The position numbers and the translations under genes were made by a program. Positions 48,493-59,027 of a stretch of DNA of 64,000 bases are shown piece after piece. The notes beneath the pieces were generated by a model that was given only the letters and a program-made list of their open reading frames with translations, was not told the DNA's origin and made no database searches. The stretch is from Anaeromyxobacter sp. GTDB taxonomy: Bacteria > Myxococcota > Myxococcia > Myxococcales > Anaeromyxobacteraceae. Each line of letters opens with the position of its first letter. Within the stretch, counting starts at the first letter, position 1. The DNA lies in assembly GCA_049840735.1 (NCBI GenBank), contig JASGJN010000004.1, positions 160,001-224,000 on the forward strand, written 5' to 3'.

Positions 48493-49806
48493 TCAGAAGT
48501 ACCGGTTGAACAGGTTCTCCAGCGCCTCCTGCCGCCCCGAGACCGGCGCCACGTCGCTGTTCCGCTCCAGCACCCGGGCCGAGAGGGCCTCGAGCCCCAG
48601 CTTGCCGGCGAGCACGTCCTTGCCGAACGGGGCGTCCCAGCCGGCGTAGCGCCGCTCGATCGCCTGGGCCAGCTTCCCGTCCTGGATCATCTTCTCCGCC
48701 ACCAGCAGGGCGCGCGCGCAGACGTCCATCCCGCCCACGTGGGCGTGGAGGAGGTCGTCCGCCTCGAAGGACTGCCGGCGGACCTTGGCGTCGAAGTTGA
48801 TGCCGCCGGTGGTGAAGCCGCCGCCGCGCAGGATGGTGTAGAGCACCAGCGCCATCTCGCGGACGTCGTCCGGGAACTGGTCGGTGTCCCAGCCCAGCAA
48901 GAGGTCGCCCCGGTTCATGTCCACCGAGCCGAAGACGCCGAAGGCCAGCGCGGTGGCGATCTCGTGCTGGAAGGTATGGCCGGCCAGCGTGGCGTGGTTG
49001 TTCTCGATGTTGGCCTTGACCTCCTTCTCCAGCCCGTACCGCTGGAGGAAGGCGAACACGGCCGCCACGTCGAAGTCGTACTGGTGCTTGCTCGGCTCGC
49101 GCGGCTTGGGCTCGATGAGGATGGTGCCCTTGAAGCCGATCTTGTGCTTGTACTCGACCACCGAGGAGAGGAACCGGCCCAGCTGGTCGAGCTCGCGCTT
49201 CACGTCGGTGTTGAGCAGCGTCTCGTACCCCTCGCGCCCGCCCCACAGCACGTAGTTCTCGCCGCCCAGCTTGCGGGTGGCGTCCATGGCGCCCTTCACC
49301 TGCGCCGCCGCCAGGGCGTAAATCTCCGGGTCGGGGTTGCTGGCCGCGCCCGCCATGTAGCGGCGGTGGCTGAACAGGTTGGCGGTGCCCCAGAGCAGCT
49401 TCACGCCGGTGCGCTGCTGGTGCTTCGCCAGCTCGTCCACGATGGCCTCGAGCCGCTGCAGGCTCTCGCGCGGCGTGGCCCCCTCCGGCGCCACGTCGCG
49501 GTCGTGGAACGTGTACCAGCGCACGCCCAGCTTGCCGAAGAACTCGAAGGCCGCCTCCGCCTTGAGTTTGGCCGCCTCCATGGCGTCCGCCGGCCGGTTC
49601 CAGGAGCGGGTGAAGGTGGCGCCGCCGAACGGGTCCGAGCCGGTCGAGCAGAAGGTGTGCCAGTAGCAGACGGCGAAGCGGAGGTGGTCCTCCATCCGCT
49701 TGCCCAGCACCTTGCGCTCCGGATCGTACCAGCGGAACGCGAGCGGGTTCGGGCTGTCCGGGCCCTCGTGACGGATGGGCTGGAGGTCGGTGAAGTCGCT
49801 GGCCAT
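48493..49806 (-). CDS. xylA: Xylose isomerase (class II)
   Basis: [32 protein letters not shown] and GWDTDQF. Confidence 0.97.
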   Translation of the reverse strand: MASDFTDLQPIRHEGPDSPNPLAFRWYDPERKVLGKRMEDHLRFAVCYWHTFCSTGSDPFGGATFTRSWNRPADAMEAAKLKAEAAFEFFGKLGVRWYTFHDRDVAPEGATPRESLQRLEAIVDELAKHQQRTGVKLLWGTANLFSHRRYMAGAASNPDPEIYALAAAQVKGAMDATRKLGGENYVLWGGREGYETLLNTDVKRELDQLGRFLSSVVEYKHKIGFKGTILIEPKPREPSKHQYDFDVAAVFAFLQRYGLEKEVKANIENNHATLAGHTFQHEIATALAFGVFGSVDMNRGDLLLGWDTDQFPDDVREMALVLYTILRGGGFTTGGINFDAKVRRQSFEADDLLHAHVGGMDVCARALLVAEKMIQDGKLAQAIERRYAGWDAPFGKDVLAGKLGLEALSARVLERNSDVAPVSGRQEALENLFNRYF

Positions 49807-49838
49807 GTCTGTTCTCCCTTTCCTGTCAGTGCGGCGCG

Positions 49839-51311
49839 CTACGCCTCGGCGCGCCAGAGCGGGGCCACGGTGCGGTACAGCCGGCGGAAGCGCTCCAGCC
49901 TCCCGGCCAGCGCCGCCGCGCGCTCGCGCGACGGCTCGAAGGTGCGGCTCACCGGCGGCCGGGCGCAGACGGCGCGCTCGTCGCCGCCGCAGGCCAGGTG
50001 GCCCAGGCGCGCGGCCCCCAGCGCGGCGCCGGTCTCGCCGCCGGCGTGGGTCTGGAGCGCGACGCCCAGCAGGTCGGCGATGAGCTGCGCCCAGAGGGCG
50101 CTGCGCGAGCCGCCGCCCACCAGCGAGAGCACCTCCACCTGCGTGCCGGCGGCTCGCAGCGCCTCCATGCCGTCGGCCAGGCCGAAGGCCACGCCCTCGA
50201 TCACCCCGTAGACGAGCTCGGCCGCGCCGGTGCCCGGCGTGAGGCCGAACAGGACGCCCTGCGCGCCCGGGTCGTCGTGCGGCGTGCGCTCGCCGGTGAG
50301 GTAGGGCAGGAACAGCGGGGCGCCCTCGCGCGCCGCCGCCGGCAGCGCCTCCACCCGGGCCAGGATCTCCGCCTCGCCGGCCGCGCCCGTGAGCCGCGTG
50401 GCCCAGCGCAGGCAGCTGGCGGCCGAGAGCATCACGCTCATCTGGTGCCAGCGGCCCGGCAACGCGTGGCAGAAGGCGTGCACCGCCGAGCGGGGGTTGG
50501 GCAGGAACCGGTCGTTCACCACGAAGGTCACGCCGGAGGTGCCCAGCGAGACGAAGCCGCCGCCGGGCGCCACCGCGCCGATGCCCACCGCGCTGGCGGC
50601 GTTGTCGCCCCCGCCGCCCGCCACCGTGACCGGCGCGGAGATGCCCCAGCGCTCGCGCAGCGCGTCGCGCAGCCGGCCGGCGGGCGCGCTCCCCTCGACC
50701 AGCCGCGGCATGTGCTCCCGCGAGAGGCGCGTGCCCTGCAGCATGGCGTCCGACCAGTCGCGGCGCCCGACGTCCAGCCAGAGCGTGCCGGCCGCGTCGG
50801 ACATCTCGGAGATCTTCTCGCCGGCCAGGCGCAGCCGCAGGTAGTCCTTGGGCAGGAGCACGGTGGACACGCGGGCGAAGACCTCGGGCTCGTGGCGCGC
50901 CACCCAGAGCAGCTTGGGGGCGGTGAAGCCGGGCATGGCCAGGTTGCCGGTGATGGCGTGCGTGGCCGGCACGCGCTCCACCAGCTCGCGGCACTCCGCG
51001 TCGGAGCGGGTGTCGTTCCAGAGGATGGCCGGGCGGAGCGGGCGATCGGCCGCGTCGAGCAGCGTGGCGCCGTGCATCTGGCCGGAGAGCCCCAGCCCGC
51101 GCACCGCGGCCAGGGCCGCCGGGGCCGAGGCCTTGAGCGCGTCCACGGCCTGCAGCGTGGCCTGCCACCAGGCCTCCGGGTCCTGCTCCGACCAGCGGGG
51201 CTGCGGGCGCGAGAGGTCGAGCGGCGCGCCGGCGGTGGCGGCGATGCGCCCCCCCTCGTCCACCAGCAGCGCCTTCACCTCCGAGGTGCCCAGGTCGATG
51301 CCGAGGAACAT
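49839..51311 (-). CDS. xylB: Xylulokinase
   Basis: [33 protein letters not shown] and GGGSRS. Confidence 0.95.
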   Translation of the reverse strand: MFLGIDLGTSEVKALLVDEGGRIAATAGAPLDLSRPQPRWSEQDPEAWWQATLQAVDALKASAPAALAAVRGLGLSGQMHGATLLDAADRPLRPAILWNDTRSDAECRELVERVPATHAITGNLAMPGFTAPKLLWVARHEPEVFARVSTVLLPKDYLRLRLAGEKISEMSDAAGTLWLDVGRRDWSDAMLQGTRLSREHMPRLVEGSAPAGRLRDALRERWGISAPVTVAGGGGDNAASAVGIGAVAPGGGFVSLGTSGVTFVVNDRFLPNPRSAVHAFCHALPGRWHQMSVMLSAASCLRWATRLTGAAGEAEILARVEALPAAAREGAPLFLPYLTGERTPHDDPGAQGVLFGLTPGTGAAELVYGVIEGVAFGLADGMEALRAAGTQVEVLSLVGGGSRSALWAQLIADLLGVALQTHAGGETGAALGAARLGHLACGGDERAVCARPPVSRTFEPSRERAAALAGRLERFRRLYRTVAPLWRAEA

Positions 51312-51437
51312 GGCGCTTCTCTCCTGCCGGCGCAGGGGCCGCACCCGCCCGCCCGGCTGTCCGTGAGCCGGGCGGGTGGGCGCGACCGGAGGGGACGGGG
51401 CCTCGCGGTCCGGGGGTTCCGGAGGCGCCCGTCCGAA

Positions 51438-51458
51438 TTGGTCCAGAAGCCTTACTAA
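51438..51458. promoter_or_regulatory. Operator copy upstream of xylB
   Basis: Reverse complement TTAGTAAGGCTTCTGGACCAA versus TTAGTCAGTTTCTTGGACTAA at 40588. Confidence 0.7.
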
Positions 51459-51553
51459 CTCGTCCAGAGAACCCGATCACGCGGGATTCGTCAAGCCCGC
51501 CGGAGGGGGCTGGGAGGGGCCGGCAGGGCGGCCGGACGGGCGCTGTCCCTGGG

Positions 51554-51651
51554 CTCGACTCCGCGAGCCCTTCGGGCGCGCAACGCGCAGCCCGAACGGA
51601 AGGACCGTTCGGCCTGAGCGTAGCTGCCCCGAAGCGGCAGCGGAGTCGAAG
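51554..51651. repeat. Inverted REP pair
   Basis: TCGACTCCG...CCGAACGG / CCGTTCGGCCTGAGCGTAG-hairpin-CGGAGTCGAAG; same family as 15750-16171. Confidence 0.8.
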
Positions 51652-51694
51652 GCCAGGCGTCGAGCGCGAGCCGCGGGCGCGGGCGCGGCCTGCG

Positions 51695-52909
51695 CTACCC
51701 GACGCCGGCCGCCGCCTGGGGCTGTGCGTCGGCCTCGTCGTAGGCGTGCAGCACGCCGTGGAAGACGCTGCCCGCCGCGCCCACGGCGCAGGCGTTGAGG
51801 CCGAAGCGGCAGGTGCGGACCGAGACGCGGTGCTCGGCGTACTGACCGTCGTTCTCGCGCATCTCGGCCAGCGCCGTCTTCACGAACACGTCCCCCAGCT
51901 GGCAGAGCGGGCCGCCCAGCACGATCACGGCCGGATCGATGGTGTTCTCGAGGTTCTGCAGCAGGAGGCCCAGGTAGGCCCCGGCGCGGGTGGCGGCCTT
52001 GACGGTGGGGCGGTCCCCGCGGCGCACGCGCTCGACCAGCTCCTGCACCGGCAGGATGGGCTTCTCCTTGCCGGTCACGTCGCGGCTGACCGCCCGCTGC
52101 GAGACGAAGGTCTCGGCGCAGCCGCGGCGGCCGCAGGCGCAGCGCGGCCCGCCGCGCTGCAGGATGGTGTGGCCGACCTCGCCGGCGAACCCGTCGTGCC
52201 CCACGTAGAGCCGGTCGCGCAGCACGATACCGGCCCCCAGCCCCACGCCGATGCTCAGGTAGACCAGCGGGCCGGTGTGGTGCTCCTCGCCGAAGACGTA
52301 CTCCGAGAGCGCGGAGGCGCGCGCCTCGTTGAGGACCGAGACCGGGAAGCCGCCGCACCCGGCGGCGGCCAGGGCCGCCTCCAGCCGCTCCTGCAGCGCC
52401 ACGTCGTGCCAGCCCAGGTTGGGCGCGAACCGGAGCACGCCGCCCTCCGGGTCGAGCATGCCGGGCACGCCCACGCCCAGCCCCAGCGGCCTGCGGCCGC
52501 CCTCGCGCAGCGCGCCGTGCACCTCGCCCACCAGCCCGGCCAGCGCGCGCAGGGTCCGGCCCACGTCACGGTGCGTGTACGGCACCATGCGCGAGGCCAG
52601 CACCTCGCCCAGCAGGTTGCAGGCCACGGCGTTCAGGTAGTCGACGCCGACCTCGGCGCCCAGCAGCCCCAGGCGCGAGGGGTCGAGCGTGATGGGCGAG
52701 GGGCGGCGCCCCACCCCGCCGCCGGGGGCCGGCTCGCTCTGCACCAGCCAGCCCTCGTCGATGAGCTCCTGCACCAGCATGCCGACCGTGGTCTTGGTGA
52801 GCCCGGTCCGCTTGGCCAGGTCTACGCGCGAGAGGCCCGGGCCGGCCTTCACCAGCCGGACGAGGGCGACGCGGTTGATGCGCTTGAGGAGGCTCTGGTC
52901 ACCGGCCAT
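51695..52909 (-). CDS. xylR: ROK-family transcriptional repressor (XylR-like)
   Basis: N-terminal [28 protein letters not shown] and CACGRRGC; adjacent to xylBA. Confidence 0.85.
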   Translation of the reverse strand: MAGDQSLLKRINRVALVRLVKAGPGLSRVDLAKRTGLTKTTVGMLVQELIDEGWLVQSEPAPGGGVGRRPSPITLDPSRLGLLGAEVGVDYLNAVACNLLGEVLASRMVPYTHRDVGRTLRALAGLVGEVHGALREGGRRPLGLGVGVPGMLDPEGGVLRFAPNLGWHDVALQERLEAALAAAGCGGFPVSVLNEARASALSEYVFGEEHHTGPLVYLSIGVGLGAGIVLRDRLYVGHDGFAGEVGHTILQRGGPRCACGRRGCAETFVSQRAVSRDVTGKEKPILPVQELVERVRRGDRPTVKAATRAGAYLGLLLQNLENTIDPAVIVLGGPLCQLGDVFVKTALAEMRENDGQYAEHRVSVRTCRFGLNACAVGAAGSVFHGVLHAYDEADAQPQAAAGVG

Positions 52910-53068
52910 GGCGCGGTCCCGGCGGGCCGGCACGGCCCGCCCGCGGGAGAGCGTAGCACCTCGCGGCGCGAAGGGCGCAGCCCCACGGTCGCGGCACGGA
53001 TGGTGCGGGTCCGGCGCGCCCGGCCCCGGGACCACCCTCCCGGCGGGCGCGGAGGAGGCGTGCGGGCG

Positions 53069-53602
53069 CTAGCTGCGGCCCGGCTCCGGCTCGGCCAGCG
53101 TCACCTGCACCATCAGGTCGCCGGCCAGCTTCTCCAGCGTCTCGCGGAGCTGGGCCGGGTCGGTGCGGGGCGGGACCACCACCCGGGCCCGTGACCGGAA
53201 CAGCAGCTCGCCGGACATGGCGGCGCTGGTGCGGTCGGTGGTGAGCTCCTCGATGTTGACGCCGCGCTCGGCCAGCGCGTGCGAGATCTCGCGCACGATG
53301 CCGGGCCGGTCGAGCCCCATCAGGTCGAGCAGCATGAGGCGGCCGCCGGCCTCCTGGGCCGCCGCCGGGCTGGCCTCCACGTTGATGCGCAGCCCGCGCG
53401 ACTCCAGTCCGTGCAGCGCCTGCGTGAGCGGCTGGACCTGGTCCGCCGGCACCTCCAGCCGGAGGATGCCGGCGAACTTGCCGGCCAGGTGGGCCATGCG
53501 GCTCTCCAGCCAGTTGCCGCCGTGGCGCGCCACGGGCTCCGCGATGGCCTCCACGATGCCGGGGCGGTCGGGGCCGATCAAGGTCAGGACGAGGTCGGGC
53601 AT
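53069..53602 (-). CDS. Tandem ACT-domain protein (GcvR-like)
   Basis: Two DRPGIV ACT motifs. Confidence 0.85.
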   Translation of the reverse strand: MPDLVLTLIGPDRPGIVEAIAEPVARHGGNWLESRMAHLAGKFAGILRLEVPADQVQPLTQALHGLESRGLRINVEASPAAAQEAGGRLMLLDLMGLDRPGIVREISHALAERGVNIEELTTDRTSAAMSGELLFRSRARVVVPPRTDPAQLRETLEKLAGDLMVQVTLAEPEPGRS

Positions 53603-53712
53603 GGGCCTGATCCAGCACGGCCGGGGCGGCGTTCCGCGCGCCCTGAAGCGGTCAGGGCCCGCAGCGCGCAGCGCGCACCGCGGGCCCCACCCCCGACACC
53701 AGCCCGCGGCGG

Positions 53713-54279
53713 CTAGACCGCCGCCACGGCCGCCTGCCAGGCCGCCGGCTCCCCCAGCTCGAGGGCCACCGCGGTGGACTGGATGATGGCGGCCAGCCGG
53801 ACCGCGTCGTGGACGGCGTCCTCGGTCAGGCCGCCGGCCACCACCACCTCCTCGTGCGAGCGCACGCACAGCTCGCAGCCGTTGATGGCGCTCACCGCCA
53901 GCGAGAAGAGCTCGAAGTCCACCTTGGTGGTGGCGGGCTTCACCAGCCGGTTCATGCGCAGCCGGGCCGGCTTCTCCGAGTAGCTGGGCTTCCCGATCAT
54001 GTGGCGGAACCGGTAGTACACGTTGTTCATCCCCATGATCGTGGCGGCCGCCAGCCCGTCCTCGATCACCGCAGGCTCCACCTCGGCGCGGGCGTCGGCC
54101 AGGACCGCGTCGCGCAGCGCCGGGTTGCGGGCGGCGGCGGCGCAGGCCACCGCCACCCCCCAGCGCTGGGCCGGCGTCAGGGCCGGCGTGCCGCTGGGCT
54201 GGAGCGCCGCCTGCAGGTTGAGGCGGGCGTCCTTGGCCGGCTCGGGGATGGCGTCCCGGATCGCGTCGAGGGCCGCCAT
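53713..54279 (-). CDS. ahpD: Alkyl hydroperoxide reductase AhpD
   Basis: MGMNNVYYRF, RLRMN and SAINGCELCVRSH. Confidence 0.93.
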   Translation of the reverse strand: MAALDAIRDAIPEPAKDARLNLQAALQPSGTPALTPAQRWGVAVACAAAARNPALRDAVLADARAEVEPAVIEDGLAAATIMGMNNVYYRFRHMIGKPSYSEKPARLRMNRLVKPATTKVDFELFSLAVSAINGCELCVRSHEEVVVAGGLTEDAVHDAVRLAAIIQSTAVALELGEPAAWQAAVAAV

Positions 54280-54818
54280 CACGCCACCTGCAGGGTGGGC
54301 TCGCCCTTCTTCCAGTTGCAGGGGCAGAGCTCGTCGGTCTGGAGCGCGTCCAGGGTGCGGATGGTCTCGTCGACGTTGCGGCCGACCGAGAGGTCGTTCA
54401 CCGAGACGTGCCGGATGATCCCCTCCGGATCGACCACGTACGTCGCGCGGAGCGCCACGCCGTCGGTCTTGTGGAGGACGCCCAGGGCGCTGGAGAGCTC
54501 CCGCTTGGTGTCGGCCAGCATGGGGAAGGGGAGCGCCTTGAGGTCGGCGTGGTTCTTGCGCCAGGCGAGGTGCACGAAGTGCGTGTCGGTGGAGACGCCC
54601 AGCACCTGCGCGTCGCGGTCCTGGAAGTCGCGGTTGCGCTTGCCGAACTCGGCGATCTCGGTGGGGCAGATGAAGGTGAAGTCCATCGGCCAGAAGAAGA
54701 CCACCCGCCACTTGCCCGCGTGCGTGTCGCCGGTGATCTCCTGGAACTCCTTGCCGGAGTCGAGGCTCACCACGCCCTGCAGCTTGTACTCGGGGAAACG
54801 GTCACCCACGGTCAGCAT
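54279..54818 (-). CDS. ahpC: Peroxiredoxin AhpC
   Basis: FWPMDFTFICPTE, VGRN and DELCPCNW. Confidence 0.95.
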   Translation of the reverse strand: MLTVGDRFPEYKLQGVVSLDSGKEFQEITGDTHAGKWRVVFFWPMDFTFICPTEIAEFGKRNRDFQDRDAQVLGVSTDTHFVHLAWRKNHADLKALPFPMLADTKRELSSALGVLHKTDGVALRATYVVDPEGIIRHVSVNDLSVGRNVDETIRTLDALQTDELCPCNWKKGEPTLQVA

Positions 54819-54898
54819 GTTGGAACTCCTCTCGGTCGTTCGAGTCGTTCGAGGCGGCGTCCACCGCCGCGTCGCGAGGAGGAATCTGCCCGGAGCGG

Positions 54899-54945
54899 CC
54901 TGATTGGGCCAATACATCATTCCGATGTGTGTGATAGCTTTCGGA
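54899..54945. promoter_or_regulatory. Probable OxyR-binding region between divergent ahpC and oxyR
   Basis: AT-rich tract GATTGGGCCAATACATCATTCCGATGTGTGTGATAG with ATxG/CxAT-like half sites. Confidence 0.45.
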
Positions 54946-54946
54946 C

Positions 54947-55858
54947 ATGAGCGACGCTCCCCACCCGTTCACGCTCCGCCAGCTCCAGTACGCCGTGGCG
55001 GTGGCCGACACCCTCTCCTTCCGCCGCGCGGCCGAGCGCTGCCGCGTCTCGCAGCCCTCGCTCTCCACCCAGCTGGCCCAGCTGGAGGACGCGCTGGGCG
55101 TGCGGCTCTTCGAGCGCGATCGCCGGCGCGTGCTGGTGACGGCCGCGGGCGCGGGGCTGCTGGACGCCGCGCGGCGGGTGCTGGTCGGCGCCGACGACCT
55201 GGTCGAGACGGCGCGCCGCGCCGGCGATCCGCTCTCCGGCACGCTGCGCGTGGGCGTGATCCCGACCATCTCGCCGTACCTGCTGCCGCCCGCCTCCCCC
55301 GCCATCCGCGCCGCCTACCCGCGGCTCAAGCTGGTCTGGCTGGAGGACAAGACCGAGGTGCTGGTGGCGCGGCTGCGGGCCGGCGCGCTGGACGCGGCGC
55401 TGCTGGCGCTGGAGGCCGACCTGGGAGAGGTGGACCACGAGGAGATCGCCCGCGACCCGTTCGTGCTGGCGGCGCCGCGCGGTCACCCCCTGGCGGAGCG
55501 CTCCGGCCCTGCCACGCCGGCAGAGCTGCGCGGCGCAGACGTGCTGCTGCTGGACGACGGCCACTGCCTGCGGGCCCAGGCCCTGGAGGTCTGCTCCAAG
55601 GCGCGGGCGCACGAGCTCGCCTTCCGTGCCACCAGCCTGCCCACGCTGGTGCAGATGGTCGCCAGCGGGGCGGGCGTGACCCTCCTGCCCCGGCTGGCCC
55701 TCCCGGCCGAGGGGCGCAAGGAGCTGAAGCTCCGCCCCTTCGCCCCTCCGGCGCCGCACCGGACGCTGGCCCTGGTGTGGCGGCGCCACGCCCCCCTGGG
55801 CCCGGCGCTGCGGCGCCTGGCCGGCACCATCCGCGAGGCCTACCCGGACCATAAGTGA
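54947..55858 (+). CDS. oxyR: H2O2-sensing LysR regulator
   Basis: LysR HTH (VSQPSLS), LLDDGHCLRAQALEVC and FRATSLPTLVQMV. Confidence 0.9.
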   Translation: MSDAPHPFTLRQLQYAVAVADTLSFRRAAERCRVSQPSLSTQLAQLEDALGVRLFERDRRRVLVTAAGAGLLDAARRVLVGADDLVETARRAGDPLSGTLRVGVIPTISPYLLPPASPAIRAAYPRLKLVWLEDKTEVLVARLRAGALDAALLALEADLGEVDHEEIARDPFVLAAPRGHPLAERSGPATPAELRGADVLLLDDGHCLRAQALEVCSKARAHELAFRATSLPTLVQMVASGAGVTLLPRLALPAEGRKELKLRPFAPPAPHRTLALVWRRHAPLGPALRRLAGTIREAYPDHK

Positions 55859-56017
55859 AGTCCGCCCAGGGCCCCGCCCTGCGGCGTCACGCGGACGCGG
55901 GTCGCGGCGGCCACACCGTGGCAAGGCGTGCACGCCGCGCGAGCATCGGGCTGCCTGCGCGCGCGCCGCCGGCGCGCCAACCGGCTGGATCCTGGCCCCG
56001 TCAGGCACGGGAAAGCG

Positions 56018-56033
56018 CGGCCTCCGGCTTGCA
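56018..56033 (+). promoter_or_regulatory. Possible sigma54 promoter
   Basis: CGGCCTCCGGCTTGCA (GG-N10-GC with TTGCA) about 40 bp before the small ORF. Confidence 0.4.
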
Positions 56034-56075
56034 ATCCACTGGGGAGTGCCGGTCAACGACTCCGGAGGGAACGCC

Positions 56076-56312
56076 ATGATGCGCCCGCGCTCCATCTACG
56101 CCCTGCTCGCCGACCCGACGCTGCCGCCACAGCTGCGCGAGGCGCTCCACGCCGCCCGGAACGGCCGGCGCGAGGAGATCCGCAGCGACGCGGCCCACCG
56201 CGCCGCTGCGCTGGTGGCGCTCCGCTACCGGCTGCGCTGGCGGGAGGCGGCCGCGCTGGTCGGGCTGCCGGCCGAACAGCCGGAGGTGAACATGGTGGAG
56301 GCCAGCGCCTGA
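56076..56312 (+). CDS. Small hypothetical protein
   Basis: GGAGG RBS, GC3 bias, 78 aa. Confidence 0.55.
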   Translation: MMRPRSIYALLADPTLPPQLREALHAARNGRREEIRSDAAHRAAALVALRYRLRWREAAALVGLPAEQPEVNMVEASA

Positions 56313-56331
56313 GGCGTCGACGGCCGCTGCT

Positions 56332-56901
56332 TCAGCGCGGCGTCCAGACCAGGACGTAGCTGGCGCTGCGCGCCTGCGGATCGAACTGCTCCAGTCGGGC
56401 GGTCCCGTCGTCGGAGGTGATGGACGCCACGGCGGCCATGGCGCCGGTCACCGAGCGCGGCCACAGGTCGTCCACCGCGCACTCCGGCGGCAGGTCCTCG
56501 ATGGCCAGCTCGGCGCGGCCCTGCGCGTGGCCGACCACCCGCCAGCGGCCGCAGCCCTGGAAGATCAGCTGCCAGCCGCGCGGCACCCAGGTGGCGGCGG
56601 TGCCGGGGTCGGCCCCGAACATCCTGAGCCCGGTCTCCACCAGCGTGCGGAGTAGCGGCCCCTGGAAGGAGGCGCGCATGGCTTGCTTGAAGAAGGCCTC
56701 GACGCCCTCGTCGACCACCTCGCCGACCGCCCGCGTCAACACGATGTCCCACTCCATCGGACACCAGTCGAACCCGAACGAAGCCTCGATCCCGGCCAGC
56801 AGCTGGGCCGGCACCCGGGCCCGGATGGCCGCGGCTTGCGGGTGCTGATCGATGGACTCGATCAGCGACTTGAGGTGCCGGGCTCTCACCTGGACCGACA
56901 T
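56332..56901 (-). CDS. Hypothetical protein
   Basis: Coding-like codon bias; globular-looking 189-aa product. Confidence 0.65.
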   Translation of the reverse strand: MSVQVRARHLKSLIESIDQHPQAAAIRARVPAQLLAGIEASFGFDWCPMEWDIVLTRAVGEVVDEGVEAFFKQAMRASFQGPLLRTLVETGLRMFGADPGTAATWVPRGWQLIFQGCGRWRVVGHAQGRAELAIEDLPPECAVDDLWPRSVTGAMAAVASITSDDGTARLEQFDPQARSASYVLVWTPR

Positions 56902-57095
56902 GGGCGCCCCCAGGATAGGCGAGGGACGCCCCGACTGCACGCAAAGGGACGAGCGCCTCGCCGCACCGGACGGGGCGCGCTGCGCGGCTCAGCGGGGCGG
57001 CTCCGGCGCCGCCCGTCCGGCTCCGCCGCCCGTCCGGCGTGAAGGGCTTTCCACCCCGGGCCGCGCATGGACTAGCCTCGGGGCAGGAGGCGTGG

Positions 57096-57518
57096 ATGGC
57101 CATCGAGCGGATCGGGATCTCGCTGGAGCAGGAGCTGCTCGAGCAGTTCGACGCGCTCAGCGCGGAGAAGGGCTACGTGAACCGGTCCGAGGCCATCCGC
57201 GACCTGATCCGCGACGCGCTGGTGCAGCGCGAGTGGTCGGCGTCGAGCGGGCGGGAGGAGCGGGTGGCGGTGGTGGCGCTGGTCTACGACCACGACGCCT
57301 CCAGCCTGGCCCAGAAGCTGGCGCACATCCAGCACGAGAACCACCGCGCGGTGGTCTCGGCGCTCCACGTCCACATGGACGAGCACAACTGCCTGGAGGT
57401 GCTGGTGCTGCGCGGGCGCGCCCGGGACGTGATCGCCATGGGCGAGGGGCTGGCCAGCACCAAGGGCGTCAAGTTCGGCCGCGTGCTCCCGGCCACCACC
57501 GGCGAGAGGCTGCGGTAG
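57096..57518 (+). CDS. nikR: Nickel-responsive regulator
   Basis: Ribbon-helix-helix RIGISL...GYVNRSEAIRDLIR; YDH, LHVH and HNCLEV. Confidence 0.95.
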   Translation: MAIERIGISLEQELLEQFDALSAEKGYVNRSEAIRDLIRDALVQREWSASSGREERVAVVALVYDHDASSLAQKLAHIQHENHRAVVSALHVHMDEHNCLEVLVLRGRARDVIAMGEGLASTKGVKFGRVLPATTGERLR

Positions 57519-57519
57519 C

Positions 57520-57933
57520 TCAGGCCGCCAGCGCCGCCGCCACCACCGGCAGCACCACCGCCAGCTGCGCCGCCGGGCCGGTCACGGCCCGGTGGAGCGC
57601 GGACAGCACCGCGTCCAGCGCGAAGGGCTTGTGCAGGTGGGCGGTGGCGCCGCGCGGGCGCGAGGCGGTGCAGGCGGACATGGTCACCACCGGCGGCCGC
57701 GCCGGCTCGTCCTCGAGCGCGGCCAGCAGCTCCTCGCCGGAGAGCCGCGGCATGCGCAGGTCGAGCAGGATGACGGAAGGTGAAGGTCCGCGCCGGAGCC
57801 GCTCCAGCGCCTCGGCGCCATCGGCCGCGCACTCCACCTCGGCATAGTCGGAGAGCAGCTGGACCAGCAGCTCCCGGATGTCCGCCTCGTCCTCCACCAC
57901 CAGGATTCGACAGCCCGGCACCTCTCCCAGCAT
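57520..57933 (-). CDS. Single-domain response regulator
   Basis: ILVVED, ILLDLRMP and HLHKPF. Confidence 0.85.
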   Translation of the reverse strand: MLGEVPGCRILVVEDEADIRELLVQLLSDYAEVECAADGAEALERLRRGPSPSVILLDLRMPRLSGEELLAALEDEPARPPVVTMSACTASRPRGATAHLHKPFALDAVLSALHRAVTGPAAQLAVVLPVVAAALAA

Positions 57934-58156
57934 TCGCCCGACCTCGTCTCCTCCGGCGCCCCCGTCAAGCACCGGATCGACGCCGAGTATCGGCGGGCGG
58001 AGGCGCGCTTGAGAAGTCCCGGCGCGCTCCCGCTTGGAGTGTCCAAGGACGTTCCGGGGCCGCTGGCGCAGTATCCACGCGCGCTCCACCACCCATCCAC
58101 ACTCCCGCACACACCGCTGGCGGGGCCCAGGTCCCACGGGAGCGGGACAGCGAGCG

Positions 58157-58876
58157 CTAGGCCGCCCCCAGCCGCGCGCGCGCCGCGTCCAGCTCGGCGC
58201 GGTTCAGGAGCGAGAAGACCTCGCCGCGCGCGGTGGAGCGGGCCACCTCGACGATGAAGCGCCCCACGTCGTCGGCGCGCAGCCACTCCGGCCGGCCGTG
58301 GGTGCGGGCGCGGGTCATGACCGGCCCCAGCACCAGCGCGTTCACGCGCAGTGGCGCGTCGGCCAGCTCGGCCGCCAGCACCTGGGCCAGCATCAGCTGC
58401 CCGGCCGCGCTGACGCTGACCGGGCCGGCCTGCGGGTAGGGCGCGCGCGCCGAGAAGCCGTTCACGAAGGTGTAGCTGGAGGGGTGATCGACCAGCTGCG
58501 GCGCCAGCGCCCGCATGACGCGGAAGTGGGCGCCGAGGCCGTCGTCGAGCGCGCGGCGGAAGACCGGCTCGGCCACGCCCAGCAGCGCCTCCCCCTGCGC
58601 CCAGCCGCCGAGGCTGGCCACCACCGCGTCCACCGGCCCGTGGGCGCGGGCCACCTCGCGGCCGAAGCCGGCGATGGCGTCCACGTCGTCCATGGCCACC
58701 ACCTGGCCGCTGACGCGCTCGCGCGAGGCGGCCGGCAGCCGCGCCAGGAGCCCGTCCAGCCGCTCCCGGCTGCGCGCCGGCACGAACACCGCCACCCCGG
58801 CGGCCGCCAGCATGCGCACGATCCCCTCGCCCACTGCCCCGGTGCCGCCCGCCACGATCGCCCGGCTCAGCGCCAT
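58157..58876 (-). CDS. SDR-family oxidoreductase (atypical)
   Basis: VAGGTGAVG Rossmann motif, VDAVVASLG and RVNAL; no clear YxxxK. Confidence 0.8.
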   Translation of the reverse strand: MALSRAIVAGGTGAVGEGIVRMLAAAGVAVFVPARSRERLDGLLARLPAASRERVSGQVVAMDDVDAIAGFGREVARAHGPVDAVVASLGGWAQGEALLGVAEPVFRRALDDGLGAHFRVMRALAPQLVDHPSSYTFVNGFSARAPYPQAGPVSVSAAGQLMLAQVLAAELADAPLRVNALVLGPVMTRARTHGRPEWLRADDVGRFIVEVARSTARGEVFSLLNRAELDAARARLGAA

Positions 58877-59027
58877 AGAGACCTCCACCCCAACCCTAAT
58901 CGACCGCCCGCCCGGGCGCGAACGGAGAACGCGGGAGGGGGCCGCGCCCTGCGCGCGGGAGCGCGCTCCCGGAGGCCGGACGCAGGTCCCGCGCGACGGC
59001 GGGGACGCCTTCGGCTAGATTTCGCCC

